From the NCBI GenBank assembly GCA_051874035.1, contig JBJEFM010000077.1, forward strand, positions 1,557 to 65,556: DNA of 64,000 bases, in the 5' to 3' direction. This document shows, in pieces, positions 8,089 through 19,042 of the stretch (the first letter of the stretch is position 1; each line of letters opens with the position of its first letter). The notes below the pieces were generated by a model. The model did no database searches, was not told where the DNA came from, and worked only from the letters and a program-made list of their open reading frames with translations. A program made the translations under genes and the position numbers. Source of the DNA: Bacillus sp. (in: firmicutes). GTDB lineage: Bacteria; Bacillota; Bacilli; Bacillales; DSM-1321.

Positions 8089-9357
8089 TTAGTTCTCCTT
8101 CCGCATCATGTTGAATGGATGAACTGGCGTGGACATCTTAAATTTCACAATTTGCAATGGGTGACGTGCCGCATCAAGTTCATTACCTTTTTCATCCCAG
8201 ATTTTATCGATTTTATATAAGAAGTTGTCAATCTCTGGACCGAAAAATTCCACCTCATCGCCTGGTTTGAAATAATTTCTTTGTTGTAAAGTAACCATTT
8301 GTGTTTCTTTGTCGTAATCAAGAACCATACCTACGAACTCAAAAGTCGTCTTCTTGCTATGGTTTCCAAACATTTGCTCCTTATACCCCGGTATCCCTTC
8401 AAAGAATGCAGGAGCTGTATCACGGTTCGCACATTTATCCAACTCTTCAAGCCATTCTCGCTTGATTGTGAAGTTCTCGGGATCGGCACAATACGCATCG
8501 ATCACTTTGCGATATACACTCACTACCGTAGCAACATAATGGATTGATTTCATACGTCCTTCAATCTTCAATGAATCGATTCCTAGTTCGATCATTTGCG
8601 GAATCGATTCAACCAATTTCAGGTCTTTCGGGCTCATAGCGAAATGCTCATCGCCTTCATCGAACATCGCCACTTCGCCATCTGCCGTATTTTCATATAA
8701 ATCATAGTCCCAACGGCAGGACTGGCAGCAGCCCCCGCGGTTCGAATCGCGCGCTGTCATATGGTTAGACAGTGTGCATCTGCCGGAATAAGCGATACAC
8801 ATTGCTCCGTGGATAAATGTTTCGATTTCAATATCGACTTTCTCTTTCATCTCACGGATATCATCAGCGCTCGCTTCACGGGCAAGCACAACACGGTGCA
8901 TACCCGCCTCCTTCCAGAACTCAACAGCTTTCCAGTTAGAAAGTGACTGCTGCGTGCTTAAATGCACTTCTATATTCGGTGCTACGCGGCGGCATGTTTC
9001 AATGATTAATGGATCTGCTACAATAATGCCTGTAACCCCTGTTTCTTCAAGGCCTTTTAAGTAGTCTTCCAAGCCATCTATATTCTCATTGTGCGCATAA
9101 ATATTGGTTGTCACATAAATCTTCGCCCCATATTGCTTAGCGAATTCTACGCCTTCCTTCATTTCTTCGAAAGTGAAGTTTCCGGCGTTTGATCGAAGAC
9201 CATATTCCTGTCCACCGATGTATACAGCATCTGCTCCGTAACGAACAGCGATTTTCAACTTTTCTAAGTTTCCAGCCGGAGCAAGAAGCTCTGGTTTTTT
9301 CACAATTACTCGTTTTCCATCGATTATTTTTGAAATTTTATCAGTAATAGCTTTCAA
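8089..9357 (-). CDS. yrrO: U32 peptidase-family tRNA hydroxylation protein YrrO (TrhP2)
   Basis: PELLAPAG, HGAMCIAYSGRC, GGCCQSCRW and SLKIEGRMKS, the U32 Fe-S Cys pattern. Confidence 0.92.
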   Translation of the reverse strand: MKAITDKISKIIDGKRVIVKKPELLAPAGNLEKLKIAVRYGADAVYIGGQEYGLRSNAGNFTFEEMKEGVEFAKQYGAKIYVTTNIYAHNENIDGLEDYLKGLEETGVTGIIVADPLIIETCRRVAPNIEVHLSTQQSLSNWKAVEFWKEAGMHRVVLAREASADDIREMKEKVDIEIETFIHGAMCIAYSGRCTLSNHMTARDSNRGGCCQSCRWDYDLYENTADGEVAMFDEGDEHFAMSPKDLKLVESIPQMIELGIDSLKIEGRMKSIHYVATVVSVYRKVIDAYCADPENFTIKREWLEELDKCANRDTAPAFFEGIPGYKEQMFGNHSKKTTFEFVGMVLDYDKETQMVTLQQRNYFKPGDEVEFFGPEIDNFLYKIDKIWDEKGNELDAARHPLQIVKFKMSTPVHPFNMMRKEN

Positions 9358-9383
9358 GGCTATTCCTCCATTTCATCTTTTCA

Positions 9384-10313
9384 TTAATATACCGTTTCTT
9401 TAAAGAAAAATCCTGTATCTAGTTTGCGGTTCTTAGGCTGCAAACTCTCCACCTGTTCCAACAGCTCTTCTTTGATTTCGTCATAGGCCTCTATATCAGT
9501 GGCACACGTATCGATTGCCTTGCGGTATAATTTCGTTACTTCCACAAGATAGCGCTGCTCTTTCAAAACGCCATCGATTTTAAAACTATGGATACCCGCT
9601 TCCATCATCTCTTGAAGTTCATCAATAATGCAAATATCATTTGGGCTCATGATATGTGTCCCATTAAAGTCTTCAAAAATCGGATATTTATTATTGCGCT
9701 CCGGATCATGAAGGAACATATTCTTATTCTCTTGGCGATTCTCGATAGCCAGCGCTTTGCCTTGATATTCATAATAGTTGCCAAGCAATGTGCGGCGGGA
9801 TTGGAACATGCATGTCATGCCATGCACTTGCACCTCTAGCTCAACTTCCGCATGTTCCGCCATTTCAACGATAGCATCCATGTTGATTTCACGGGCAAGA
9901 ACCGCCCGTTTAGCCCCTTTACTGCCCCAATAGTTACATGTGAACCAGTTTGTCGCAGTAGTTTCCGTATTCCAATGCAGCTTCATATCCGGTGCTACTT
10001 CTTTTACTGTCATCAAGACTGCCGGATCGCCAAAGATAATAGCATCGGCACCTGCATCACGTACAAATATTATATAATCTGCAAGTTCATCCACTAAATT
10101 GTTATGGAAGATGGCATTCATAGCTACATATACTTGTTTGCCATGTTGATGTGCTGTCTGGATCGCTTGTTCAACATCCGTACGGGAGAACTCTCCAGCA
10201 AGGCGCAAACCATAACGCTGTTCTCCTATAACAAAAGCATCCGCCCCTGCTTCAATCAACGGCAGGATATCATCCACGCTTGTTGGTGTAACCAATAGTT
10301 CTGGTTTTTTCAA
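9384..10313 (-). CDS. yrrN: U32 peptidase-family tRNA hydroxylation protein YrrN (TrhP1)
   Basis: KKPELLVTP, VHGMTCMFQS and HIMSPNDIC. Start placed at TTG 10313 from RBS spacing. Confidence 0.9.
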   Translation of the reverse strand: MKKPELLVTPTSVDDILPLIEAGADAFVIGEQRYGLRLAGEFSRTDVEQAIQTAHQHGKQVYVAMNAIFHNNLVDELADYIIFVRDAGADAIIFGDPAVLMTVKEVAPDMKLHWNTETTATNWFTCNYWGSKGAKRAVLAREINMDAIVEMAEHAEVELEVQVHGMTCMFQSRRTLLGNYYEYQGKALAIENRQENKNMFLHDPERNNKYPIFEDFNGTHIMSPNDICIIDELQEMMEAGIHSFKIDGVLKEQRYLVEVTKLYRKAIDTCATDIEAYDEIKEELLEQVESLQPKNRKLDTGFFFKETVY

Positions 10314-10351
10314 CACAATCACCTCTTTGTATAGTCAATATATAAGTAAAA

Positions 10352-10993
10352 CTATTTCTTTTTCGAAATAGCCATTCCATCTCCAATAGGAAGGATGACC
10401 GTATGATAATCGGGATGGCTCATCAGCCATGTATTGTAATTCTTGATTTTACGAACAAGCGACCTTGTCCCGCGCTTCTGGATTGCTTCTTCCGGTACAA
10501 CCACTTGTTCTTTATACAACACATTATCCGAAATGATGATTCCGCCTTCATTAAGAAGCGGAGAATATAATTCAAAGAACTTCACATACTGGCCTTTTGC
10601 CGCATCTATAAAAATCACGTCATAAGGCCCCAGCGGCGCGGCACTTGGAGCAAGCTCCAACGCATCGCCTTCCAGCAAAGTGATGGAATCTTCCTTACCG
10701 GCTTCTTTAATAAATGCGCGTGCCATTTTAATCCGTTCAGCATCTCTTTCCAACGTTACGATCTTCGCGTGCGGAAGCGTATCGGACATCCGCAGTGATG
10801 AATAACCGATTGCGGCGCCGATTTCTAAGATAGATGCCGGATTATGGATTCTAAACAATTGCAGCAATGCTTCTATGCCGATCAAATCCATAATCGGAAC
10901 ATAGTTTTCCTCAGCATACTGTTCCATACGCGTGAACAATTCATTTCTAGAAGGCGTAAGGCTAACAAGGTACTCATTGATCGCCTTGTTCAT
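10352..10993 (-). CDS. trmR: O-methyltransferase YrrM (TrmR, tRNA mo5U methyltransferase)
   Basis: ILEIGAAIGYS, FIDAAKGQY and IISDNVL; first gene of the yrrM-N-O-udk cluster. Confidence 0.88.
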   Translation of the reverse strand: MNKAINEYLVSLTPSRNELFTRMEQYAEENYVPIMDLIGIEALLQLFRIHNPASILEIGAAIGYSSLRMSDTLPHAKIVTLERDAERIKMARAFIKEAGKEDSITLLEGDALELAPSAAPLGPYDVIFIDAAKGQYVKFFELYSPLLNEGGIIISDNVLYKEQVVVPEEAIQKRGTRSLVRKIKNYNTWLMSHPDYHTVILPIGDGMAISKKK

Positions 10994-11157
10994 TCAGACA
11001 ACTCCTTTCTGGTGAACAATACTATTGTTCTCACTGCATTTCACTTTATCAAGAAAAAACTCGGCAAAAGCCGAGGGAAAAGTCAAAAGTCTTCTTTTTG
11101 AGACAAACTTTTATTATTGTAACATACTCATAATGCAAAAGTGAAATAGACTTTTAC

Positions 11158-12285
11158 TTATTTTTTATCATGTATGTGCTCCGCCTCTAATTTTTGGTGC
11201 TCTTCATAGGTCTTAGAGAAGAATACTTTACCTTCTTTATTGGCTAGGAAATAAAAATAATCCGTATCGGCAGGCTCTAGTGCCGCCTGTATGGAAGTTT
11301 CACCGGCATTGGAGATCGGGCCAGGCGTCAGCCCTTTAATCTTATACGTATTATACGGGTCTTCTATTTCATAGTCGGAATAGAACAGTCGATTTTTATG
11401 TTTGCCCATCGCGTATATGACAGTCGGGTCGGTTTGCAATGGCATTCCTGACTCCATGCGGTTATAGAATACGGATGCAATCTCCTTGCGGTCTGTCTGG
11501 GCTGTTGCTTCTTTCTCGATTAATGATGCCATCGTCAGGAGCTTGTGGGCCGACATATTCTTCGCTTCCATTTGCGCTTGATATTTCTGCAGCACTTTAT
11601 TGGTCGTCTCGAGCATATCCTTCACGACCCTTTCAACAGTAGGCTTCTCATCGTACTCATACGTAGCTGGATATAGATAACCTTCTAGAGGATATTTTAT
11701 ATCTTTGCCGAAGATTTCTGAAGTAAGCAGCTCTGGAAATTGCGCTTGCATCTTCTTAATGAATTCTTGGTCATTCAATTGATTGAATACCGTTTTTTCA
11801 TCTTGGCCTGTCTTATCAGCGATGATCTTGGCAATTTCTTTTAATTGCCTTCCTTCAGGTACAGTCATTTTTAGAACCGCTTCTTTTACAAGTTTGCCCG
11901 ATTTGATTGTAGCGATAATTTCATCAAGTGTCATGGAAGGTGATAGCTCATACTTTCCGGCCTGAAATCCGGATTCATTCTTAAACTTAATATAATACTT
12001 AAATACACGAGCATTCTTAATAATCTCATTTTCTTCAAGAATTGCGGAGATTGTTGATGTTGAAGAACCAATCGGTATTTCAACTTGCTTAGTGGTCTTA
12101 TCATCAGCGTCAACCGGTTTTAATGCTGAATTGATGTAGAAGAATACACCAACCCCTGTAACTGCAATGAGCAAGAAAATGGATAATGCGGTTATCATCA
12201 CAATCTTTCTCACCGTCTTCGCTTCACCTTGCCTTTCAACAAGGTTTTGCATCATTATTTCTTTTTTCGAATGTTTATCATCCAT
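11158..12285 (-). CDS. mltG: Endolytic transglycosylase MltG (YceG/YrrL)
   Basis: N-terminal TM, LEGYLYPATY, ASLIEKE, MPLQTDPTV, YNTY...GLTPGPI and YFYFLA. Confidence 0.95.
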   Translation of the reverse strand: MDDKHSKKEIMMQNLVERQGEAKTVRKIVMITALSIFLLIAVTGVGVFFYINSALKPVDADDKTTKQVEIPIGSSTSTISAILEENEIIKNARVFKYYIKFKNESGFQAGKYELSPSMTLDEIIATIKSGKLVKEAVLKMTVPEGRQLKEIAKIIADKTGQDEKTVFNQLNDQEFIKKMQAQFPELLTSEIFGKDIKYPLEGYLYPATYEYDEKPTVERVVKDMLETTNKVLQKYQAQMEAKNMSAHKLLTMASLIEKEATAQTDRKEIASVFYNRMESGMPLQTDPTVIYAMGKHKNRLFYSDYEIEDPYNTYKIKGLTPGPISNAGETSIQAALEPADTDYFYFLANKEGKVFFSKTYEEHQKLEAEHIHDKK

Positions 12286-12466
12286 GAATGTTCCCCCTTG
12301 AAATTCAGAGGCTTCCGTCTACTCTTCTCTTTGATATAATCTGCAGACCACCTTTGTTTCAATCACTACAACATTATACTAAAAATCATATAAAATTACA
12401 CAGCATTCAACATTTTTTTCACATACGCCCTCCAAGAATCGGCTTTCCCCCGAATGCGGCGGCAAT

Positions 12467-12500
12467 AAAAAAACCTTGCCCGTATTTCAGGCAAGGTTTT
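12467..12500 (-). terminator. Intrinsic terminator after the yrzL-yrrK-yrzB cluster
   Basis: AAAACCTTGCC...GGCAAGGTTTT with a long A-run (U-tract on the minus strand). Confidence 0.75.
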
Positions 12501-12516
12501 CTTCAGTTATGATTGT

Positions 12517-12828
12517 TTACTCTTCTTCTTGAAACTCGTTTACCATGAATGTATTGTACACTTCTTCAACAATATCCCATTCATCGTCTGTTTCGATTGG
12601 TTGTAATCCCGCTTCAGTATCTTCTTCGTTCTCGCTTTCAAGCAATACAGATGCATGGACAAGAATTTCGCCGTTCTCATCTTCTTCACCGATCGGATAG
12701 TAAAGAATGTATGTGCGGTCAAAGTCTTCAGAATAGAAAGAGAAAAGCGTTTGATGAAGTTGCTCGTTGCCGTTCTCGTCTATGATTGTAATTTGCTCAT
12801 CTATTGGATTGTAGTTAACTTTGCTCAT
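12517..12828 (-). CDS. yrzB: DUF1292 / YrzB family acidic protein
   Basis: ITIIDENGNE...L.PIETDDEWDIVEEVYNTF, in the conserved trio with yrrK and yrzL. Confidence 0.85.
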   Translation of the reverse strand: MSKVNYNPIDEQITIIDENGNEQLHQTLFSFYSEDFDRTYILYYPIGEEDENGEILVHASVLLESENEEDTEAGLQPIETDDEWDIVEEVYNTFMVNEFQEEE

Positions 12829-12842
12829 TTTGTACACCTCTG

Positions 12843-13262
12843 TCAGTTATTTTGGCTATCCAAATATCCTTGTAAAATCATTATGGCAGCCATTTTATCA
12901 ATGACTTTCTTGCGCTTGCCCCGGCTTACATCCGCTTCCAGCAATACGCGCTCCGCAGCCATTGTTGTTAAACGCTCATCCCATAGCACTACAGGTATTT
13001 TGAATTTCTTCTCAATTGTCTTCGCGAACTCTTGGCAGATTTCACCGCGAGGCCCGATTGTGCCATTCATGTTTTTCGGCAGTCCCACAACTACTTGCGT
13101 GACTTCGTACTCTTTGATCAATTCTTTCAATCGTTTGTAGCCGAAGTCTTGGACTTGCTCATTAATTTTGATTGTTTCGATGCCTTGCGCCGTCCAGCCC
13201 ATCGCATCGCTTATAGCGACCCCAATCGTTTTGGAGCCTACATCTAAACCCATACTCCGCAT
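12843..13262 (-). CDS. yrrK: YqgF/RuvX family nuclease (pre-16S rRNA processing)
   Basis: [31 protein letters not shown] and [11 protein letters not shown]. Confidence 0.94.
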   Translation of the reverse strand: MRSMGLDVGSKTIGVAISDAMGWTAQGIETIKINEQVQDFGYKRLKELIKEYEVTQVVVGLPKNMNGTIGPRGEICQEFAKTIEKKFKIPVVLWDERLTTMAAERVLLEADVSRGKRKKVIDKMAAIMILQGYLDSQNN

Positions 13263-13263
13263 T

Positions 13264-13533
13264 CTACTTGTCACCACGATTATGCTTTAAATAAGATTTT
13301 ACCAATTCTTCAATAATCTCATCTCTTTCAAGTTTGCGAATAATGTTTCTAGCATCTTGATGTCTAGGAATATAGGCTGGATCGCCGGATAATAAATAAC
13401 CGACAATTTGATTGATAGGGTTGTATCCCTTCTCCTGCAGAGCGCTATACACTTGCATCAAAACCTCTTGAACATCTCTTTCAAATGGTTCTTCTTGAAA
13501 ATGAAATTGCATGGTTTTATCAAAGGAACTCAT
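13264..13533 (-). CDS. yrzL: IreB/ReoM family regulatory phosphoprotein (YrzL)
   Basis: MSSFDKT (conserved Thr7) and [24 protein letters not shown]. Confidence 0.95.
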   Translation of the reverse strand: MSSFDKTMQFHFQEEPFERDVQEVLMQVYSALQEKGYNPINQIVGYLLSGDPAYIPRHQDARNIIRKLERDEIIEELVKSYLKHNRGDK

Positions 13534-13621
13534 TTGGATACACCTCGCTTCTATCCGTGCCCTTCTTTTTTAGAAGGGCCGATAAGATTATTAATTTATT
13601 GTACACCAATAAATTGCTTAT

Positions 13622-16255
13622 TTAAATTGATTTTACCCATTCTTCAACAAATTTAAGCGCAGAATCTACTTCATTTGGGTTTTTACCGCCAGCTTGCGCC
13701 ATATCCGGGCGACCGCCGCCACCGCCGCCGCAGCGTGTAGCCACTTCTTTAATCAGTTTTCCGGCATGATATCCCTTAGGAATCAGATCACCTGTAACAG
13801 CTGCAATAATGTTTACTTTATCGCCTTGAACAGCCGCCAATACAATGACGCCTGATTCAAGCTTTTGTTTAAGCTCATCAGCCATTGTGCGCAGGTTGTT
13901 CATGTCAGTAGCTTGTACTTTTGCCGCTAAGACGTTTACGCCGTTGATTTGCTGTACAGAAGACATAAGGTTTCCAGCTTCGATATTTCCAAGTTTCGCT
14001 TTTAATGATTCATTTTCACGATGAGCCTCTTTTAACTCCGCCAGTAATGAATCAACGCGGGCCGGAACATCCTTCATATTTGTTTTTAATTCTGTTGCCG
14101 CTTCTTTTAGAATGTTGATTTGATCGTTCATTTGCTTGTAAGCAGCTGCGCCTGTCACCGCTTCGATACGGCGGGTTCCTGCACCGATCCCGCTCTCGGA
14201 AACGATTTTGAATATGCCGATTGTCGCTGTATTGTCAACATGGCAGCCGCCGCAAAGCTCGATGCTGTAATCCGATACTTGAACAACACGTACAACGTCA
14301 CCGTACTTCTCGCCGAATAACGCCATTGCGCCCATGGCTTTCGCTTCGTCAATATTCTTGCTTTCGATTACGACAGGGATGCTTTCCCAAATCTTTTCAT
14401 TTACAATTTGCTCGATTTTCTCTAATTCATCTGGTTTAACTTGTCCGAAATGAGAGAAGTCGAAACGTAAACGATCTTTTTGTACAAGTGAACCGGCCTG
14501 GTTAACGTGAACGCCTAATACATCCTTTAATGCTTGGTGCAGAAGGTGAGTCGCTGTATGGTTTTTCGTAATATGGCTGCGGTTATTCTGATCGACGATT
14601 GATATAACGGTAGCTCCTTCTTCCAACGTTCCGCTTTCCACTTTTACTCTATGAAGGTTTTGTCCGTTCGGCGCTTTTTGTACATCAAGTACATTTGCTT
14701 TCACATCAACGCTTGTCATGATTCCTTGGTCGGCAATCTGTCCGCCGCTTTCTGCGTAGAATGGAGTCACATCAAGGATAACTTGCACTTCTTCGCCTTC
14801 TGATGCTGAAACGGCTTTTTCACCATTTTTTACGATTGCAAGAACTTTGGATTCCACTTCCAATTCAGTATAACCAACAAATGTGCTTTCATCTTTAATA
14901 TCGCCAAGCACACCGCCTTGAACTTGCATGGAGTCTACATCTTGGCGAGCGGCGCGAGCGCGTTCACGCTGCTCCTCCATTTCTTTCTCAAAGCCATCAT
15001 GGTCCACGTTCATGCCTTGTTCTTCTGCGTACTCTTCTGTCAGTTCAACCGGGAAACCGTATGTATCGTATAAACGGAATACATCTTTGCCCGTGATTGT
15101 ATTACTGCCTTTTTCTTTTTCCTTCTTCATTACATCGCCCAAGATTTGCAGGCCGTCATGCAATGTTTCATGGAAGCGTTCTTCTTCATTCTTTACAACT
15201 TTCATAATGAAATCTTTCTTCTCAAGTACTTCCGGATAGAAATCTTTCATGATTTCGCCCACTACAGGAACTAATTCGTACATAAACGGTTTATGGATGC
15301 CGATATGCTTCGCATAACGAACAGCGCGGCGCAATAATCTTCTTAATACATATCCACGCCCTTCATTAGAAGGCAGCGCTCCATCACTAACAGCAAATGT
15401 TACTGTACGAATGTGATCAGCGATTACTTTAAACGCCGTATCATGTTCTTTCAACTGGCCGTATTTCGTTCCGGAAATCTCTTCTGTCGCTTTAATAATC
15501 GGCATGAAAAGGTCCGTATCAAAGTTAGTCGGTACATTCTGCACAACAGAGGCCATACGCTCCAGACCCATGCCTGTATCAATGTTTTTCTTTGGAAGCG
15601 GCGTATATGTTCCATCCGGATTATGGTTGAATTGTGAAAACACCAGGTTCCACACTTCTAAATGGCGCTCATTCTCGCCTCCAGGATATAATTCCGGATC
15701 ATTAGGGTCATCCCCGTATTCAGGTCCACGATCGTAGAAGATCTCTGTATTCGGGCCGCTTGGACCTTCACCGATATCCCAGAAATTCTCTTCCAGACGA
15801 ATAATTCTTTCTTCAGGAATGCCTACTTTTTTGTTCCAGATTTCAAATGCTTCATCATCTTCCGGATGGATTGTTACAGCCAATCTCTCCGGATCAAAGC
15901 CAATCCACTTCTCATCCGTAAGAAATTCCCAAGCCCATAGAATCGCTTCTTCTTTGAAATAATCCCCGATTGAGAAGTTTCCTAGCATTTCGAAGAATGT
16001 ATGGTGGCGTGCTGTTTTACCAACATTTTCGATATCATTTGTACGGATTGATTTTTGAGCGTTGGTAATACGGGGGTTTGCAGGGATTACACGACCATCG
16101 AAATATTTCTTCAGCGTTGCTACACCTGAGTTAATCCATAATAATGTTGGGTCTTCATGCGGTACCAGTGAAGCACTCGGTTCTACACTATGACCTTTTT
16201 CTTTAAAGAAATCTAAATACATTTGGCGAATCTGGGCGCCTGTTAATTCTTTCAT
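13622..16255 (-). CDS. alaS: Alanyl-tRNA synthetase
   Basis: [21 protein letters not shown], editing motifs NHTATHLLH and ELCGGCHV, and GGGGGGRP. Confidence 0.99.
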   Translation of the reverse strand: MKELTGAQIRQMYLDFFKEKGHSVEPSASLVPHEDPTLLWINSGVATLKKYFDGRVIPANPRITNAQKSIRTNDIENVGKTARHHTFFEMLGNFSIGDYFKEEAILWAWEFLTDEKWIGFDPERLAVTIHPEDDEAFEIWNKKVGIPEERIIRLEENFWDIGEGPSGPNTEIFYDRGPEYGDDPNDPELYPGGENERHLEVWNLVFSQFNHNPDGTYTPLPKKNIDTGMGLERMASVVQNVPTNFDTDLFMPIIKATEEISGTKYGQLKEHDTAFKVIADHIRTVTFAVSDGALPSNEGRGYVLRRLLRRAVRYAKHIGIHKPFMYELVPVVGEIMKDFYPEVLEKKDFIMKVVKNEEERFHETLHDGLQILGDVMKKEKEKGSNTITGKDVFRLYDTYGFPVELTEEYAEEQGMNVDHDGFEKEMEEQRERARAARQDVDSMQVQGGVLGDIKDESTFVGYTELEVESKVLAIVKNGEKAVSASEGEEVQVILDVTPFYAESGGQIADQGIMTSVDVKANVLDVQKAPNGQNLHRVKVESGTLEEGATVISIVDQNNRSHITKNHTATHLLHQALKDVLGVHVNQAGSLVQKDRLRFDFSHFGQVKPDELEKIEQIVNEKIWESIPVVIESKNIDEAKAMGAMALFGEKYGDVVRVVQVSDYSIELCGGCHVDNTATIGIFKIVSESGIGAGTRRIEAVTGAAAYKQMNDQINILKEAATELKTNMKDVPARVDSLLAELKEAHRENESLKAKLGNIEAGNLMSSVQQINGVNVLAAKVQATDMNNLRTMADELKQKLESGVIVLAAVQGDKVNIIAAVTGDLIPKGYHAGKLIKEVATRCGGGGGGRPDMAQAGGKNPNEVDSALKFVEEWVKSI

Positions 16256-16314
16256 TTATATTTCCTCCTTATAAGAAAAACCAGCAAAGGTTTATGTATT
16301 TTCAGATTAAACTA

Positions 16315-16570
16315 CAAAAAAAACCCCCATCCCTCAAAAAGGGACGAGAGCAACTCGCGGTACCACCCTAATTATGAACAAATAACACTCCAAGTATTCA
16401 TTCATCACTTTAGACGCCTTAACGCGGCGAACGGTAGGGATTAGCTACACTCCAGATTAGCTTTCTGTTATCCTTCATCTAGAATTTCTTTCAGCCTAGG
16501 GAAATTCCTCTCTTTAGTACATTGTTTGTACCTTTAGATGGTCTATAACATACTCGATCTTTCATCGTTT
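16315..16570 (-). promoter_or_regulatory. T-box riboswitch leader of alaS, specifier GCU (Ala)
   Basis: T-box AATTAGGGTGGTACCGCG near 16356-16373, with AGAGA and GGCTGAAAG stem-I motifs. AGUA/GAAA loop followed by GCU at 16459-16461. Terminator with U-run near 16316-16350. Confidence 0.95.
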
Positions 16571-16592
16571 TTTACAAATTCACCTATTAAGG

Positions 16593-16621
16593 ATTATAGG
16601 CACTACAATCCTATTTGTCAA
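16593..16621 (-). promoter_or_regulatory. Consensus sigma-A promoter of alaS
   Basis: TTGACA(16621-16616)-N17-TATAAT(16598-16593). Confidence 0.92.
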
Positions 16622-16643
16622 ACGGATATGTTATTTTCAGAAA

Positions 16644-16791
16644 CCGTTTAACAGGTACTAAAACTCCCGCTCCAGCACAGCAGTGAAAACACAGATATAC
16701 AATCGGGAGATCAAGTACCTGCAACAGCTAAGATTGGTTCATCTTTGATAGCTGCGGGATAAAAACCCCCACTATCAAAGATTCACTTTAT
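16644..16791 (-). repeat. bcr1-like structured repeat, minus orientation, terminal GATAAA missing
   Basis: Minus strand ATAAAGTGAATCTTTGATAGTGGGGG...AGATGAACCAATC...CAGGTACTTGATCTCCCG...GAGCGGGAGTTTTAGTACCTGTTAAACGG. Confidence 0.9.
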
Positions 16792-17864
16792 AAACGTTGT
16801 CTTTGTCTTACTTTCATAAAATGCACTTTAGCATGCATAATCGCCACTTTAGCCACAGCCAGCACAGGAACCGCGACTATCAATCCAAGCACTCCTCCCA
16901 CTTCTCCGCCAATGAACAAGCTAAGCATAATGAGCAAAGGGTGCATATGAAGGCTCTTGCCGACAATCAAAGGCGAGAGAATATTGCCTTCGATGAATTG
17001 CAGCCCAAAGACAATCACCGCCACCCAAATGATATGGTGGGGATTGGTCGCCGCAGCAATCACCATAGCCGGGATCGCTCCGATAATCGGACCGAAATAA
17101 GGAATAACGTTGGTAATCCCGATAATAATCCCCAAGAGCAAAGAATATTTCACTTTAATCAACCATAACAATAATGCAGAAATCGCACCGACTAAGATGC
17201 AAACTATAATTTGGCCGCGTATATAGTTTCCTAATGATTGTTCAACATCTTGCATGAATGCCGCACTTTGCTTTCGAATTTTAGCGGGTGTGATATACCA
17301 GGCCGCCCTTTTCATAAGCTCCCAATCTTTCAGGAAATAGAATGCGATCAAAGGAACAATCGCAAAGATAACAACGAAGTCAAACATATTCACTAAATAA
17401 CCCATAACTTTTGAGAGGAGCGACTCCACCTTCTTCTCGAAGAAAAGGATTCCATCCTGAATGCGTTCTTTATACTCACTTGGCCAATTGGACGTTTTCT
17501 GGTCAATGGAATCCAGGATGGACGTATATTTCTCCGTGAAATAAGGAGTACTTTTCATTAAATCATCCAATTCATGCACAACAACCGGAATTCCTTTATA
17601 TATAGAGAAACCTAAACCTCCGAAAAACACGAAATAAATAAGTAAAATACTGATGCTGCGATGCAATCCCCGCTTATATAGCTTCTCTACTACCGGATGC
17701 AATAAATAAGAAATAAATGCGGCTAGTACAAAGGGCAGCAACGCGAGTCCGAAGATTTCCAATATTGGAAGCCAAATCGGCTTTAACTTAAAAAATAATA
17801 AAATAGTAAAGAACACTAGCAATAAAAAACCTAATCGGTAAAACCAATTGACACTTATCTTCAT
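16788..17864 (-). CDS. yrrI: AI-2E family (PerM-like) transporter YrrI
   Basis: Multi-TM protein with NVIPYFGPIIG and QFIEGNILSP. Start ATG 17864 after AAGGAGG. Confidence 0.9.
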   Translation of the reverse strand: MKISVNWFYRLGFLLLVFFTILLFFKLKPIWLPILEIFGLALLPFVLAAFISYLLHPVVEKLYKRGLHRSISILLIYFVFFGGLGFSIYKGIPVVVHELDDLMKSTPYFTEKYTSILDSIDQKTSNWPSEYKERIQDGILFFEKKVESLLSKVMGYLVNMFDFVVIFAIVPLIAFYFLKDWELMKRAAWYITPAKIRKQSAAFMQDVEQSLGNYIRGQIIVCILVGAISALLLWLIKVKYSLLLGIIIGITNVIPYFGPIIGAIPAMVIAAATNPHHIIWVAVIVFGLQFIEGNILSPLIVGKSLHMHPLLIMLSLFIGGEVGGVLGLIVAVPVLAVAKVAIMHAKVHFMKVRQRQRL

Positions 17865-17943
17865 ATGCCGGCCTCCTTGCCCATAGCTTTTGTACAAAAA
17901 AAGTTTTTCATGCACAATAAAGCTGTATTTCCGGGAAATAAGC

Positions 17944-17991
17944 AAAAAAAGGCAGCCTGCAAGTAGCGATTACTTATCAGGCTGCCTTTTT
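17944..17991 (-). terminator. Terminator after yrzR-yrzQ
   Basis: AAAAAAAGGCAGCCTG...CAGGCTGCCTTTTT. Confidence 0.8.
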
Positions 17992-18020
17992 GGCTTTTGT
18001 CAAATTAGATGATAAATGAA

Positions 18021-18152
18021 TTAGAAGAGTGATTTGACTTTCCTTTTCATTTTTCGCATTGACTTTTTAGAAAAACTTTTTGAGTTCATATAAGATGCAG
18101 CAACTACTCCCGCACCAAAACTCATCATCGAAGAAATCGGCATTCTTCCCAT
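18021..18152 (-). CDS. yrzQ: YrzQ-family small protein (43 aa; not in ORF track)
   Basis: Manual translation MGRMPISSMMSFGAGVVAASYMNSKSFSKKSMRKMKRKVKSLF, with RBS GAGGTGG, in the syntenic position after yrzR. Confidence 0.75.
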   Translation of the reverse strand: MGRMPISSMMSFGAGVVAASYMNSKSFSKKSMRKMKRKVKSLF

Positions 18153-18170
18153 ATATTCCACCTCTTCCAT

Positions 18171-18359
18171 TTACATGGTGTAGCGGCGATCGTCTTCGGA
18201 GAATAAATCATCCAAAGAACTGAGACTCCCATCTTCCTCAACTTGATGTGTATGAATAACCCCATCGGATATGGACAGTTCTATTAGACAATTCCAGCAA
18301 TAATATTGGCTTACGCCAATTTTGCCGATATCTTTACTGCTACAATTCGGACACTTCAT
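18171..18359 (-). CDS. yrzR: YrzR-like small zinc-finger protein
   Basis: MKCPNCSSKDIGKIG..QYYCWNC (CxxC...CxxC), with RBS GAGGTG. Confidence 0.8.
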   Translation of the reverse strand: MKCPNCSSKDIGKIGVSQYYCWNCLIELSISDGVIHTHQVEEDGSLSSLDDLFSEDDRRYTM

Positions 18360-18372
18360 AAAATTAAACACC

Positions 18373-18846
18373 TCAATACATTATTGGAGAAATCTCGATG
18401 GTTTCTGCCTCTAATGATGGAGGTCGTCTCGTATGCACTGTTTTCTTGCCATCGGTTATGTCAGAGAAAAAACCATTGGAAATTTCATATGCTACGATTG
18501 TGCCCGCTTGTTCAGAAAAATATACATCATCCAATAGCCCCATTTCTTCTCCTTGATCCGTAATAATCATTTTATTGGCAATCGCTCGTTGATGTTGAAG
18601 CGTATATACCTTGTCATGCATCGAAGGAGAACGTTCACTTATTTCCTTAACCGTAATCTTATTAGGGTTAAACGACTTAACATTTTGTAGAGGAAGCAGG
18701 AATGTTTTCTTAAAAAGCGCTTTCCTGTTGATGAGCAGCCCCGACACAGAGCCTTCTTCAGAAATAACCAAGTCACACACATGACCAAGCAGCTTTCCTG
18801 ATTCATCATAAACAGGCAGGCCTTTCAACAAAGAGAGCGTTCGCAA
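18373..18846 (-). CDS. yrrD: PRC-barrel domain protein YrrD
   Basis: TTG start after AAAGGTGG; LKGLPVYD..G..LG.V.D and a second repeat G.LDDVYF...G.IVAYEISNGFFSD. Confidence 0.8.
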   Translation of the reverse strand: MRTLSLLKGLPVYDESGKLLGHVCDLVISEEGSVSGLLINRKALFKKTFLLPLQNVKSFNPNKITVKEISERSPSMHDKVYTLQHQRAIANKMIITDQGEEMGLLDDVYFSEQAGTIVAYEISNGFFSDITDGKKTVHTRRPPSLEAETIEISPIMY

Positions 18847-19042
18847 AGTACATCCCACCTTTCCGAACATTCTTAGTATGGTTTCTGTAGACCTTTTTAT
18901 GTTTTGTATTTTTTTCAATGCGATAAAATAAATTCCATCTCATCCGCATTTTGATATATGGAAAGCGGTATGAACTTAATTGATTCGCTTATCACTTGGA
19001 GATATATGAAAAAGGCAAAGCGACTGTAAAATCACCTTGCCT

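Noticed and set aside
11040-11049. ATAAAGTGAA 10-mer matching the repeat's left end
   Set aside because: Similarity stops after 10 bp, and the same 10-mer occurs inside queA (56450-56459), so chance is sufficient.
12288-12512. Intergenic ORF 12288-12512 (+)
   Set aside because: No RBS, antisense to the mltG promoter region, crosses a terminator and has no recognisable protein features.
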